From Eledone cirrhosa (Eukaryota): a DNA stretch of 64,000 bases. This document shows positions 28,539-49,900 of the stretch, one piece after another; position 1 is the stretch's first letter, and each line of letters opens with the position of its first letter. The stretch covers positions 59,520,001-59,584,000 of the forward strand of contig OZ024744.1 of NCBI GenBank assembly GCA_964016885.1. Direction: 5' to 3'. The notes beneath the pieces are model-generated. The model searched no databases. It worked only from the letters and a program-made list of their open reading frames with translations, and was not told where the DNA came from. The position numbers and the translations under genes were made by a program.

Positions 28539-28605
28539 GATTGACGAACGTTTCGATCAACATAACAGGAATATCCATTCCTATTATATTAATCCCCTCA
28601 GAATC
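28539..28605 (-). ncRNA. Type I hammerhead with 18-bp stem II (A9G variant)
   Basis: GATT-CTGAGGG-GATTAATATAATAGGAAT ggat ATTCCTGTTATGTTGATC-GAAA-CGTTCG-TC-AATC. Confidence 0.75.
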
Positions 28606-29916
28606 TATTAAATAACAAATATTTACCAACATGTGTCTTTAATATTACAAGCCCGAAAACGTTTGGGACATGCAAAGTAATTTTTTTTTTTTTTTTTGTA
28701 TTGTTCACACTAGTTGGTGAGAAGGGAGAAGTATACATTACTGGAACATATCTTGTCAACGAAGCCAACTAAGCTGTCACCTAGAGTAAAGACCTCATAG
28801 AGGTACATTATTGATTTTAAAGAATCACAGCTTTAAACAGGGCCGTCACTACCATTAAGAACAACTAGACAGCCACCTAGGGCACATACCTCAGAGAGGT
28901 ACATTACTGAACTTTAAAGAATCACAATTTTAAACAAGACCGGAGGGTTCAGACACTGAATTTTAAAGGATCAGTTTTATAAACATTTATATAATAAATG
29001 ACTTGGATATCTAATAATTCCCTGTGATCATTAAAAAATAGCTAAATATCTTTACTACATAGTAGCATTATGGAGATATCCAAAGATATGGAGGGTTTTT
29101 TTTTTATGGAGATAACCAAAGCTATGGAGGAGCTTGTCACATGATTTGGATGGGAGAGTGTGAACAGTGCAGTGGAAAATGAAGGCTTAGTAATTTTCTT
29201 ATTGTGGTCAGAGCAAGAGGTTTCAAAAACTAAGTTTGTCAATTTACCAAACTGAGAGACAGAGGGCGCGTGTTGTAGCGCGCGTTCGCGGGGCTCAGCA
29301 GAGTTTTACCGTCCGTCTAGCCAACGGTGTAGAGTTTTCCTCCTCCTTTATCTTATTTTCTTTCGTTCTTTAGTTTCTTTTCTTCTTAGTTTTATCATTA
29401 TGTTATTTTAAACATATGTCCAATAATTTGTAGCTACAATTTCGGTCATACATTCGCTAAATATATTTATTAATAGATTTCTATTTTAGGCACAAGGTCA
29501 GCAAATTCTGGGGGAAGGGCAAAGGGAGATAAATGGCAAAGTTGATCTCAGTAGGATTTGAGTTCAGGATGTAAAACACCAGCACAAATACAGCAATGAC
29601 ATTTTATTAAACGCTCTACCGTAAACACTAGTGAAACAAACACGCACTCACTCAAACATACCCTTACACATTCTCTCTCTCTTTTTCTATACACATATTT
29701 GCATGTGTGTGTGTGTGCGTGTATTTACATATGCGTCTGTGTGTACTTATATGCGTACATGCATCCATGCATATAAACATGTTTACATACATACATGATT
29801 GGCTGCAACTCGATTTCGAGTAATGCCATCTCTTGATACTTAAACATGAGCATCAAGGATGTGACATTTTAGCCCTGCAAGGGACTTGCCTATGGCCAGC
29901 AATACAATGCATCGCA

Positions 29917-30098
29917 AATAATTGTTTCTATTTTTGACACAAGGCCAGCAATTATCCCAGTGCATTACTGGTGCTTTATTTTATTGACCCCGTAATGATG
30001 AAAGGTAAAGTTAACCTCCGCGGGATTTGAACTCAGACCGTAAAGGGCCGTAACTCTATGCTGCAAAGCATGGCGTCCGACGCTCTACCGATACTGGC
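29917..30098 (-). mobile_element. Family-1 SINE
   Basis: Same head, core and tail as 770-953. Confidence 0.85.
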
Positions 30099-31213
30099 AG
30101 TCACATATCAAGCGATACCTGTGCATAAAGCTTTTTTAAGTGAAGAAAGGCTGTGCACGAGGCCAATCTCACTTTTTGAACATCGAATGCATTTACTCAA
30201 AAATAAAAACTGACCTACATCAGTGGATACAAACGAAATCGCAGGTTTTATATCAGAGTGACCTTCTCCTAGAGAGATGTCTTAATGAAGACTAGGATTC
30301 TCTCTTTCCACACACACACACAAATACACATACACACACACATACATACATATATAGAAATAGAGTCTCACAGTATGAATAATGCAATAATGCCGAGATG
30401 GAAAAACTTCAATCAATTGAGACTATTCTCACAATTTCAAAACCCAAACTCCCTTCTGAGGTTTTCAGGTGATAAAGAAAACAAGAGAGATAACTCCTCT
30501 AGCCAGAACTAAGAACTCCTATAGCCAGAGCTGGTTCAAGTCTTTTGGAACAATTTAAGACAATGCAAAGGGAGTGGATATTGCTTAAAAGTCGACTTAG
30601 TGGAAGCAAAGACATGTTTCGATCTTAGATCTCCTAGACGAAGCACATTCTCTTAGCAAGTTGGCTAGACTAAAAATTGTCAGGTGTAGATACAGGAAAA
30701 TGGAAAGGAATAATGCGCTAATTATATGTGTCAACAAAAGGTGGTGTGAAAATAATTGATGGAAGCGTACTGTATAACATGTAGACATACGAATATAATC
30801 TTGCTGTCTGAATCTATCTATAGCAAAAGGAAGAAAGGTGCGCTTGCACAACACGCTCCTGAAATTGAGGGTTGTTCTATCGACGGGGTATTAAACAACC
30901 CATTTGTGGCGCCTCCCCCCTATTGGGGATTTCGATTGTTATATTTGTTTGTTTCAATATTTATACACGATTGTATGTAAAATCCACGGCATGTGTCTTT
31001 GTTTTGTCCCCATTTTTGTGCGCCCTTCTGGCAAATAAAGAAATATATCTATCTATCTGGTGGGTACTATGTGGATTTTTAAACCTCCAAAAAGACTCAA
31101 TAATATCGGTAGGTAAGTCCTCCGGCGACCTGTTCAGTGGAACTAGCCTGGAAATTCTGGTCCAAATCCAACAGAACGAATAGCTAAGATCCCGGAACGT
31201 CTGCTGCTGGATG

Positions 31214-31317
31214 GGCTTATATACATAAACATTTCGGTCGGGGGTAGGCAGCCCTCATGTTACCACTGCTTAAGCAGGGGTCACCTGAGAGCTTCCTGTC
31301 CTCGGCTAACTAGCCCC
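31214..31317 (+). ncRNA. HDV-like ribozyme candidate at a LINE 5' end
   Basis: P1 GGCTTAT/TTAAGCA, P2 GGGGGTAG/CTAGCCCC, P3 GCAG/CTGC, P1.1 CC/GG, P4 CTGAG/CTCGG, J4/2 CTAA, in nested double-pseudoknot order. Confidence 0.6.
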
Positions 31318-32210
31318 AAAAAGGCACTACTGCCAACACCTGCAACACCAGCACAACAATCACCACCACCACCACCACCACCACCACAACAACAACATAA
31401 AAATATAGTGACAACAAAACAAACGACAAACACAGTCCCACCCAACCCCTCCCCACCCCAAACAACTCCAGAAACACCCACACACATAACCTCTTCCCAC
31501 AACACGGATGAGGCCTCATCATCGTCACCCAGTGACGATGAGGGAGAGCCTTTCCGACCAGTAAAAAGACAAAAAGAAAAGACATAACACAAACAAAAAT
31601 GCAACAAACAAACAAACACCACAAACAAAAACACCCCCTCCTGAAAACAAAACACACACAAGAACCACAGACAAAAAGCAACACAACGCAACAAAAATGT
31701 TACACCTACATAAATACTAACAATAAAATTTTAACAGACACCATGTATAAAAACCCTTCGGTGGAGACCCAAGGGAAAACTTTTACACTCTTCGGAGAAT
31801 CCTAACCTTAAAATGATTAGGATCTCCATGGACACACATAAACAGTTAAAAGGAAAATTTCCTAACGACGTAGGTAAGCCCTGCGTCAAACCCTACAATC
31901 GAGTCCTGTCGAGACCTGTCTGTCTATCAGTCTCTGTATCTATTGTTGTTAGACCGCTGTCGGTTCTGACAGGTAGAACTCATATTTGCCAATGTGAAAC
32001 AACGTATCTATCTGTCTGTCTGTCTGCTTGCCAATCTATCTATCTATCTATCTACATTCACGACCCATTTACAAATGCTTAAGCTCACATAAGACCAGTT
32101 TCCGCGGCAACTCCAGTTCCTTAGTGTTATACAAGTGTTGTTAGTATAATTCAATTCTATATTCCATCGTGATTTGAAACAGCGTGCACGAAATAAGTTC
32201 TGTCACTTAC

Positions 32211-32331
32211 CTCCAGATAGTAATTGTGATTACGTTCTTGAGACGTCAAGGCACTTGCGGTGGAGAATACCAATCCAAGGGCGATAATGATAAGAGCGTA
32301 AAGGCAACACACCAGTTTTGTCAAAGCAGAT
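32211..32331 (-). CDS. Next exon of the probable otopetrin (OtopLc-like), first transmembrane helix
   Basis: TTATTTCAG| acceptor and GAG|GTAAGT donor, 121 nt. Splices in frame to give R-SALTKLVCCLYALIIIALGLVFSTASALTSQERNHNYYLE, resembling the otopetrin TM1 pattern LSALY..L.V.LG..F......FYE (recognised from memory, not searched). Confidence 0.72.
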
Positions 32332-34122
32332 CTGAAATAATAATAATGATGATGATGATGATGATATTAACAACAACAACAACTAGTAATGGTAATGATA
32401 ATGATTCTTTTTGAAGGTGTATCGATTAAAGCAGACATTACAAAGACACGTACCAACGTGAAAATGAAGGGTAGCCTAGAAATGAGAACAAAATGGGTAA
32501 CGAATATATATAATTAGGTATACATATTATACAATTAACTAAGGCATTCAGTCCTCCTGGTACAGAGGTGAATACTCAAAGCCAACTAAGGAACCTTACT
32601 GAACCAAACTGACCCTGACCACCAAGTTTGATAAAAAGAAATCGATAAAATATGAACTGGACTTAAAATTTCAAATATAAGTACTGAGCTCGATATAATC
32701 AGACCCGCCAATCTCTAAAAACCCAAACAGGGAGTACCATGAAAAAAAGTGCCCCAAGACGGGGAGAAGTGAGGCAAAATGGGGAAATTTTACATAATGA
32801 AAGCTATTCCCATTTTCACAAGAGAAGACATCTCTCACCTACCCCAAATTGGGTGGGAGAACTCCCCGTCAGACGGGGAGAGTTGACAGGTCTAATAATT
32901 GACAAAATCATTAAAAACAGAATAAAAGAATAAAAATATGCATCATGCCAATGAAACAATATCATTGAAAGAACACTGCATGGAAGTGACTGAAGCATGA
33001 AAGCTCGTCTGTCGAAATTGTGAAGACATCAGGCTCAACGGGGAATTAGAAATTGTAGAATGTCAAGTGATTAAGGAAAAGAAACTGAAACAGATTAACA
33101 GAAATAAAATTTTGGAGGAATATTACTACAATTCTGAAAAAAACGAAGAATAATATGAATGAACTCAGGAAGACGAAGGCATAGTCGGTTAGATCGATCC
33201 CAGTACTTGACTTGTATTTTATTTTATACGACTGCGGAATGATGAAATGAAATATTGACCTCATCAGAATTTGAACACAAAATGTATAGAGCCATAATTA
33301 GATCTCGCATTGACTTTTGTTTGATACTCTGATGATTCAGAAGGTATGCATGCGATGGATGACTTAGGTATAAGATGAGGACAAAAAAAAAAAAAAAATT
33401 GAATTGTACTTGTTTGGCAAGTAACTCGATCTGAGGAAGAGTCAGTTATTTCAGCCATTCAAAAGCACACAAAAACTTAATTTCACTTTACATTTATCAT
33501 CGCAACTAGAATTGTGTTAACTGTGACGAAAGTTTTGAGACCAAGAAATATATGATAAGTAGAATGTGAACCTAATTTTCGTGTTTTAGAATGGCTAAAC
33601 TGACTCTTCCGCGATGTAATTTCTTTAGTTTCAACACGTAGTCTCAGATCAAGTCACTTACCAAACAAAATGTAAAGTGAAGTTAACAGTTTTTGTGTGG
33701 TTTTTGAATGGCTAAAATGACCCTTACTCGATGTAAAACCACTAACAACAAACAACAAACTTTGTTCCATTACTTACAGACAGCGAAAGTTAGAACAAAT
33801 CAAATCATGTTTAGACGGGTGGAAATGACATTCGACTATATATAGAGGGGGAGGAAATCAAACAAGCAAAACAAAATAAAATAAAAATAAAGAGAAACTA
33901 CAATATGGAGAAAAGTATAATTTGAAACGATTATGTTAACAGACTGTAACAATGTACAGCAAGCAGTAACTCGTGTAATGGGATAATGCAGAAAAAAAGG
34001 AGGGGCTGACTTGTAGAAACTGCCAAATGGTTATAATCATCATCATCATCGTCATCACCCCCACCACTACTACCACTTCGCCCCCTCTCTCTCCTAGCGA
34101 CATTGACTTACATGCTCCTGAT

Positions 34123-34312
34123 TGCTGAGGGCCAGAAGTGTGTTTTCATTGCTCAGTTAAGGTGACACTGACTGACAGACTGCTAACTGTTGAGGGCCAG
34201 AGATGTGTTTTTCCTGCTCAGCTAAGGTGAGATAAACTAACGGACTGCTGAGAGCCAGAGGTATGTTTTTCATGCTCAGCTACGGCAAGATTGACTAACA
34301 AACAGCTGAGGC
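34123..34312. repeat. ~60-bp tandem repeat x3
   Basis: TGAGGGCCAGA...TGTTTT...TGCTCAG.TAAGG units. Confidence 0.8.
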
Positions 34313-34439
34313 GACATTCCTTAGCAATGGCTATGTCGTTAATTTTTCATGTGACATTTTTTCTTCTTTTTTTTTTTAAACTATATATTTTGTCCAGTCC
34401 AACATCCCTCGTGGGCCACTGCCTATATTATTGTATAAC

Positions 34440-35830
34440 CAATCCACATCTCCTTGGATATATGGTGGAAGCATTCAATGAACTGGAAAATGGACGAGAA
34501 TCAATACTTGAGTGAATCGAAAACATATAATGTCCCATACCAAAATTAGAGGACTATAAACTTACTTGCTCACAACAGAAAATAGATTGGGTGCTCGCCT
34601 GAAGGGCAATAATATTTCGCAGAGAAATAGAAAAGATACCAGCAAGGGATATATGATTGAAAAATGCAACTTCTGTTGAACCTAGCTATTATAAAAGACT
34701 AAAATCCTTAGCATGACCTGGATTGATTATTAAAAGCTATTAATTGTCGTAGATGCTACAGACAAATTATAGACAATTTCTTCTATATGGATGTATTGAC
34801 AGTATTTATAAAGGGTAATATCCAGTTGGAATTTCCTAATAGAAAATGTTTATTTCTAACTTCTGCCAAAACATAAAAATTAGTATGAAGTTAGAGAAAC
34901 TTACTATAACTAATACAAGAAGAGGCAAATTAACCAACCCTGATAATATTAAATTAGACACGGACAACGACATTAGAGAATGAATTCCCTCACCCACCCA
35001 CTTTACACTACCTAGGATAGATGAAACTGATAAAATACAAAACACAGAAATGAAAGAGATTATTAGGAACGCGTACTACAGAAGAGTCAGAAAAATATTA
35101 AAAACTGAACTCAATGTTAGAGATAAGATAGTAGCTACAAATACACATTATCAATGCCAATTATAAATTGCAGCTTCGACATAATAAGCTGGAAGTAAGT
35201 GAATTGTGGAGCTTAAACATAATAAATAAAATAAAGGAAATTAATAACAGTGTTCCAAAAGCATTACACCAAGGCCAATATAGATAGAATATATCCACCC
35301 ACCCTACAAGAAGGGTGGGGTCTGATGCAAATAGGAAATAACTATAAAACAACAACGATGCGATTAGAAAAATACTTAGAAGCAAGCGAAAGGAAGTTGA
35401 TAAGTGTAATAAGGAAATCTGAAAAAAATATACGAAAGCAAACTTTTCATTATATATAAGGCGAAGAAAGTACAAACAGGAAAAATAACAACACTGAAAC
35501 AACAGATTTAGGAAGAGACAAAACAACAGAAAGAGTTTAAAAAAGTCAAAAATGAAATTTTATAATAAAGTGAAGTATTAATTCCATGGTCAATACTTTG
35601 CAAGATTCCACAGAGATGAAATAAGAGCGAAAGAAGAAAAAATGGCTCAAAATGTTTGTGCTAAAAGCAGGAAAATGTGATTTCATCTGCATTTGGACAA
35701 ATGACTGGCCACAAATAACTATAAAAATGAAATAGCGAAATGATACTAACATCAAATGCAGGTTACACAACCAATACGATCAGACAGCTGACCATATACT
35801 CTCTGGGTATCCTGTACTTGATTAGTATGT
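34440..35830 (+). pseudogene. Degenerate R4/Dong-like non-LTR RT relic
   Basis: MTWIDY at ~34713, YYRRVRKILKTELN at ~35074, HYTKANIDRIY...GWGLMQI at ~35262. Confidence 0.65.
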
Positions 35831-35925
35831 ATATATTCATAGACATGATCAAGTCGACAGCTGTGTTGCCTGGGCAATATACCGACACTTCGATGTTAAA
35901 CACAGTGCAATGGGTCCCACCTGAC

Positions 35926-36540
35926 ACTCAGCTCTCACCTCTGGCCCCAAGAAGCTGTAGCATGCGACAGCGGCCACACCCCGGTAAACCACCTTGGCTG
36001 GCGGGCCGAACCAGGTTGAGGGTAGGCGGACGGGTCTGAACCCCCCGGTGAGTTAGATAGGGGATGCTTACCCCTACATGCGAAGACTGGACCCGGTGGA
36101 GTGAGTGGAGGAAGACAACATTGTCCCAACGGTCACCAAGGCGGCGACAGCAAGCGGTGTGGAGTGCTAGGGCACGGCAAGGCACTACAGACGCTGTGTC
36201 CATCCACTGCAGCCAAGGAAGTCCCTGGTCGTGACGGTCCTCCGCACCACCGGATTCTGGCTTCTGCGGCCGAGTGAGTGGGACCGTCACTGTGCACTGG
36301 CCCTCCCACTATAAACCTTTCCCGCACAGGTTTCTTCTTTAGCGTGCACCCCCAAAGCCCTGCGGCGATGAAGAGAAGAGACAGGCAGAGGTCACTGAGG
36401 CCCGTGAAAGGCGGAGAAAGGCATCAACAGCTGCCCCAAGCGACTCCGGTCTCTTTCACTGTCTCCGGACCTGCAAGTCAAGGATCGGCCTCCACAGCCA
36501 CCTTCGTGCACCACGGCAGACGGGAACAACAATCAAGATA
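35926..36540 (+). mobile_element. GC-rich RTE-type 5' UTR / RTE-derived element
   Basis: Abrupt GC-rich insert interrupting the R4-like relic; layout resembles RTE leaders. Confidence 0.55.
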
Positions 36541-36989
36541 TTGAAAATGAAAATGGTATGTAATGCCCAATGCTAATTCGTAAATTTCCTAAAAACCATT
36601 AATGGAATCGGAAATTCTTTTTTCCCTCAGCAATGCGAGGGGACTAACTAATGTGTGTTGCAAATTTCGAGGAAATCGGCTGGATTATCTTTAAGTTACC
36701 CCTCAAAAAAGCCTAAAAATGCAGACACTGGCTGATCAGTGAGATCTGCATATTAGCAGATCCACTGATCAGCCAAATTTGCATATCAGCAGACTGGCCG
36801 GTCAGTTTCCTGTATACGAGCGATCAATGGCTGGCTTTGCCACATTCAAATATATTTAAAAAAATAAATAATATGCAGATCTGACTGATCAGCCAGTCTG
36901 CTAATATGCAAATCAGGCCGATCAGTCACTGTATATTTTAGAAAATACCATATATTTTCACTAGCTCTGACAATTGGCTGGTGAACAGT

Positions 36990-37039
36990 GAACTGTACTG
37001 ATGAAGGGTAATACTCAGAAACATTAGTGTCTGCAGTTC
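36990..37039 (+). ncRNA. Type I hammerhead ribozyme
   Basis: GAACTGTA-CTGATGA-A GGGT aat ACTC A-GAAA-CATTAGTG-TC-TGCAGTTC; 8-bp stem I. Confidence 0.85.
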
Positions 37040-37456
37040 TGTTTACATGCCAACACAAGAGCAAGAAGAAGAGGCTCATTATACTGACATGGCTTTAAAT
37101 ATGAGGCTTGTTTGCATAATTACAAACGAATCGAATTTATTATTAATATTCGAAAAACTCAGATTACATTTATTGTATTCAGCCATGTAGAGCGAAATAT
37201 ATATATATATATATATAGTAATAATAATAAATTTGAAGACTAAAATCCAAAGAGGGCTCGATAAGGATAAATATATATCAAATATATAAGAACCGTAGAG
37301 CAAATATTTATTAAAATAACAGATTAAAGTTTAAGCAAAGAATCGCTGCTTTCACCCTGAACGGGATACGGGTATGTTCTTTGTAGAAATATTCAGAAGG
37401 GTGAAAGCAGCGATTCTTTGCTTAAACTTTAATCTGTTATTTTAATTAATTAATTA

Positions 37457-37492
<36 letters not shown>

Positions 37493-37542
37493 CGACAACA
37501 GAAGGCTGTACTGGAAGATATGCTTTAACATTTTAATTCCGT

Positions 37543-37625
37543 GAAATCACTATGTATATATTTCAATGGCCCAGCTCTAACACCCAATCATGATGCAAGA
37601 CAGGACGATCTCATCAGGTAACTTC
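37543..37625 (-). ncRNA. Type I hammerhead with extended stem II
   Basis: GAAGTTAC-CTGATGA-GATCGTCC...GGGCCATT-GAAA-TATATACA-TA-GTGATTTC. Confidence 0.8.
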
Positions 37626-39097
37626 GACAGAATTATAAAACAAGGTTACGTAGAACCCATAACAATACGGAAGATAGAGAAAAGAGAATAGGAATTTAAA
37701 AAATTAAAAAATTGAAAAATTGAAAAATGAAAATTTGACTTGCGGACTGTAAACCAAAACTCAGACCGTCATTTAGTCTGGAGAGTTTAACCTTTCAGTT
37801 AGAAAGCAAATGATTCTTAGTTTTGTCAGAAGCAATAATTAGAACAGTATTATTAATTTCTATAAAAAAAAGTGATATTGGATTTTAAAGATAGGAAGGT
37901 AGGACAACGATGACGATGGCTCTAACCTTTAGATAGCAAAGTAATGATTAATCAGTTAATTAGATGATGAGAGTCTTATATATATATATATATATATATA
38001 AATGAAAAAGTATAGAAATTATTATGAGCAAGAAGCACACAGTATTTCATAATTTATATAAGTGACTATAGCGTCAAAATGGGAAAATAGTTAACGTAAG
38101 ATATGGGAAAATAATTCAAACTCAATTAAAAAAGAATCAGGATATAGATTCATCCAACAGAATTTAGTGAAATTCAAAGCTCGCAGTATTGTTATTGCTA
38201 ACTTCTGACATGAACCAATAATTAAAAAATTATTTCACTTTTTAGGAAATCCTTGATCTCTGACTTTCTTTCTCTCTCTTTTTTCTCTTTCTCCCTCTTC
38301 TTTTGTTATTTTTTTTCTCTCTCTCTCTTTCTCCCATTCTCTGTTTTCGATGAAGTACCAGACTAGAAACGTACGTTATACTTTACCTCTTCTTTCTTCA
38401 CACCAAAGCAGTGTGTTTGTGGAAGATGAAATTTATCAATAAAACAGTGTTTGAAGCACAGCTTTATATAGTAAATGTGAAGCAATATTATTGAATACAG
38501 GTTTTTAATCGATATATATTCAATGGATTCACTCGTCTTCCTTTTCCCCACTCACCAACTCAATAATATTCCATTTTTAGATATAATAAGTAGGATGAGC
38601 GAAAAAGAGAGAAAATGAGGAGGTGGAGAGGAAAAAATTATATAAATTAAACAAGAGGCGGAATGGGAAATTAAACAGCCTTGAATGGACGGTATATCGT
38701 ATCTGCGCTATGTGTTGGACACGATGACGAAAGTACCGCTGCATCTACCTTTCCACCCCATGGGACACTTTCTGATTTTGCAGCGGAAAATAACAGTCCG
38801 AAGGTGTCAATGGCAGTCGAAATATATTCAATGGACTGACTCGTCACACCAGCAGCATCAGCAATTGTTTTAAGGCCATTTGTCCTGCTGAAGCAGAGGT
38901 TTCCTATGCGAGGCCACACGGACATTTTTAAGCTCATCGTGCGGTCATAATTTTTTTACAGCCGGACCCTTCAAAACACCAAACTTTTAGCCGCCACTCA
39001 CAAACCGCTAGTGAATCATCCACACGCACCAAACCAATAATATTCCACTTTTGGACGTGGAATGTTAGTCACGATCTATAGTCAATAGAGGACTTAC

Positions 39098-39302
39098 CTG
39101 TAGATAGAGCCACTCTTTTCAGAAGGTTCATCCAAAGCGTCGTCGGGGTTTTCTCCTGGCATTTTCTTCAGTTGAACTTGCGAACAATTACTGTTGTATG
39201 ATTGATTAGCGTCGGAACGGTTGAACCTCGGGTCGTTGACTATATAAACACCTGAGCGCATAGTTCGTGGACGGAAAGAACTGGGCGACCATTGAACAAC
39301 AG
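39098..39302 (-). CDS. Exon of a probable otopetrin-family proton channel (N-terminal cytoplasmic part; start codon uncertain, candidate ATG 39261-39259)
   Basis: Acceptor CTAAC...TTTTTTTCTTTTCTCTATTAACAG| and donor AG|GTAAGT. Open frame [54 protein letters not shown] ends in phase 2, compatible with the next exon. Confidence 0.75.
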
Positions 39303-39362
39303 CTGTTAATAGAGAAAAGAAAAAAAATGGCGTTAGAAACACGACTAATATTATTACTAGCG

Positions 39363-39451
<89 letters not shown>

Positions 39452-40587
39452 CGTGTGTGTGTGTGTGTGCGTGTGCGTGTGTGTGCGTGCGTGTGTGTGT
39501 GTGTGTGTGTGTGTGTAAATAGTGACAAAGGTAGCAGATTTTCTCTCTTTTTCTAATTGTTTTCAAAGTACTGATTAAAGAGAGTAAAATTACTGTCGCT
39601 ACTGCTGCTGCTGATGATGATGATGAAGATGAGGATGAGGTGATGATATATTTTGTATATCCAAACAAATATATTTACAAACATACACATATACGTGCAT
39701 ACATCACACACAAACTCACAACATACACTACGAACACGTTGTTTAAACCAATTTACGTATAAGTGTGTTTCTGTGATTTTCTCCGTGAGTGTGTTTAATC
39801 AAATATATTTAAAAAATCGTTACCTCTAAACACGAACATAGTGTGTTATTTATTAACAACGAAAATATTGTAATTGTGATTCATGGTTGAGTAGCTAAGG
39901 AGTTTCCTCCGAAACCACATCGTTTCAGGTTCAGTCCTACAGTTTAGTACTTTGAGCAAGTGTCTACTCTATAGCCTCGAGATGATCATGTGAGTGAAAT
40001 TTGTTAGACTGAAACTGCAGATAATGATGATGATGATGATGTTAAGTTTGTGGAGCCTGCGGTGTTTTTAATTAATTAACGGGTCCCTCACCAATTCTCA
40101 GGAGGGCGATACTGGGTACCCACTTCCCACCAAGAACGATGTATTGATTAATTTATTCGGCAATCTTCACCAACACCACCAACACTCCCCCACACAGCTA
40201 CTACCAGCATCACGAAGACTCCGTCGACCCCACACACACCAACAACAGCAACAACAACAACGACCACAAGAATGCTATATTAGGGATGGATTTGGTTCCC
40301 TTCCAGATGAATGGCTGTGTGAGTACACTGTCCTTATTCTTTGGAAAACCCCATTTACCAGAAGCCGTCTCTGATATTGAGTTACTTGGGAAATCATAAA
40401 ACACGAAAACCCTATGATTGGTGGTGGTGGTGGTGGTGGTGGTGGTAGTGACAGTAAGGGTGGTGGTGGTAGTAGTGGGATTACTCGGGAAATTATGAAG
40501 CAGGAAAACCCTATGATTATCTTCATTATAAATTTTTAAAATGCTACTTGGATAAGTTTTGAATAGGCCACGGCTGTATGTATGTAT

Positions 40588-48370
<7,783 letters not shown>

Positions 48371-48896
48371 TCACATATGATGGTCTATTAAAGTCCTCAG
48401 TATTTACAGTTCTTTCTTTTAAAGCCAAAGAAACTAAATAGTTTAGACATTTCTGTAGATTAGTTCTTATCTGTACATTTTATCTAAGGTGTAGGGCACA
48501 GTAGGAACGCTTAAGGGCTGGCTGTCTGGCACAGTGTGTAGATTTAACACTTACAAACACGCTCACAAATATACGTTTACACACACACACAGGCACACAC
48601 ATATATATACACACATTTTCAAACATTCATATGCACTCACACACGAGCACATATATCTATCTACACACATATATGTGTGTATATATGATATGATCATTAA
48701 CAAATGTAAACATACACATTTACATCTTTACGTTTCACACAATTATATAGTAAAAACACAAATATAGAAAATATACAACTCACAAATCTATCTTAGTATA
48801 TCTACATACATACAAGCCCTGATTTGTAAGACTTTGCTAGGTGGTGCTATTAAGTTAGACATGGCCTGGGCCAATACTGGCCAAAACCTATCAAAG

Positions 48897-48967
<71 letters not shown>

Positions 48968-48970
<3 letters not shown>

Positions 48971-49866
48971 GGGAGGGCTCTGTAGAAACAGTAGACAGCT
49001 TCTGCTACCTAGGTGACCGAATTAGCAGCGGAGGTGGGTGTTCAGAAAGTACAATAACTAGGCTAAGAACGGGATGGAAGAAGTTTAGGGAACTACTACC
49101 ACTGCTAGCTGCAAAAGGCTTCTACCTCAATGAAAGGCAGACTGTATGATGCGTGTATCCGAACAGTGATGTTGCATGGTAGTGAGACCTGGGCGCTGAT
49201 TAGAGAGAAACGAAGCCTGCATGCTCCGATGGATGTGTAATAGTAATATACGCGAACGACAAAGCATAAATGAATTGAGAGAGAGACTGAGCATAAGAGG
49301 AATCAAATGGTGTGTGCAGGATAGGCAGTTGCGTTGGTATGGAGATGTGATGCGTATGAAGGATGACAGCTGCATAAAAAGGTGCAGAGCACTAGAAGTC
49401 GATGGAAACCGCGGAGTGGGGAGACCGAAGATGACCTGCGATGAGGTGATAAAAGCCGACCTTACCCAATTACACCTCTCAAAGGCGATGACACACGACC
49501 GTGACCTCTGGCGTCATGCAGTAATAAAGAGTACCCGACCTCCCATGGGTACAAGCTGAAGCATATAGACACTATGCCCCCACAACCCCCACTGCAAGGT
49601 GGTCGTGGAGGTGCCACGGTAAAAAAGCACCCAGCCCACACTGTAAAGTGGACGTGTAGGCGCCACGAAAAAGCACCCAGCACTCACTGTAAATGGGGTT
49701 GGTGTTAGGAAGGGCATCCAGCTGTAGAAATCAAGCCAAATCAGTTCCTGTATGAGCAAGGCATGGTCAGCTGACCAGACACTGCCCACAACAGGATAAC
49801 CCGTCTAACCCATGCTAGCGTGGAAGAACGGACGTAAAACGGTGATAATGATGATGATGATGATGA

Positions 49867-49870
<4 letters not shown>
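48968..49870 (+). pseudogene. RTE LINE 3' fragment plus UTR and (GAT)n tail
   Basis: VDSFCYLG, LHGSETW, LRWYG and GRPK motifs. Confidence 0.85.

Positions 49871-49900
<30 letters not shown>

Noticed and set aside
30607-30640. Minus-strand CTAGGA-GATC taa GATC-GAAA-CATG-TC
   Set aside because: Core lacks G5 and stem I is unpaired; possible relic, not counted.
38671-38937. 88-aa ORF near the exon
   Set aside because: No recognisable motif; overlaps a hAT-like terminus at ~38894.
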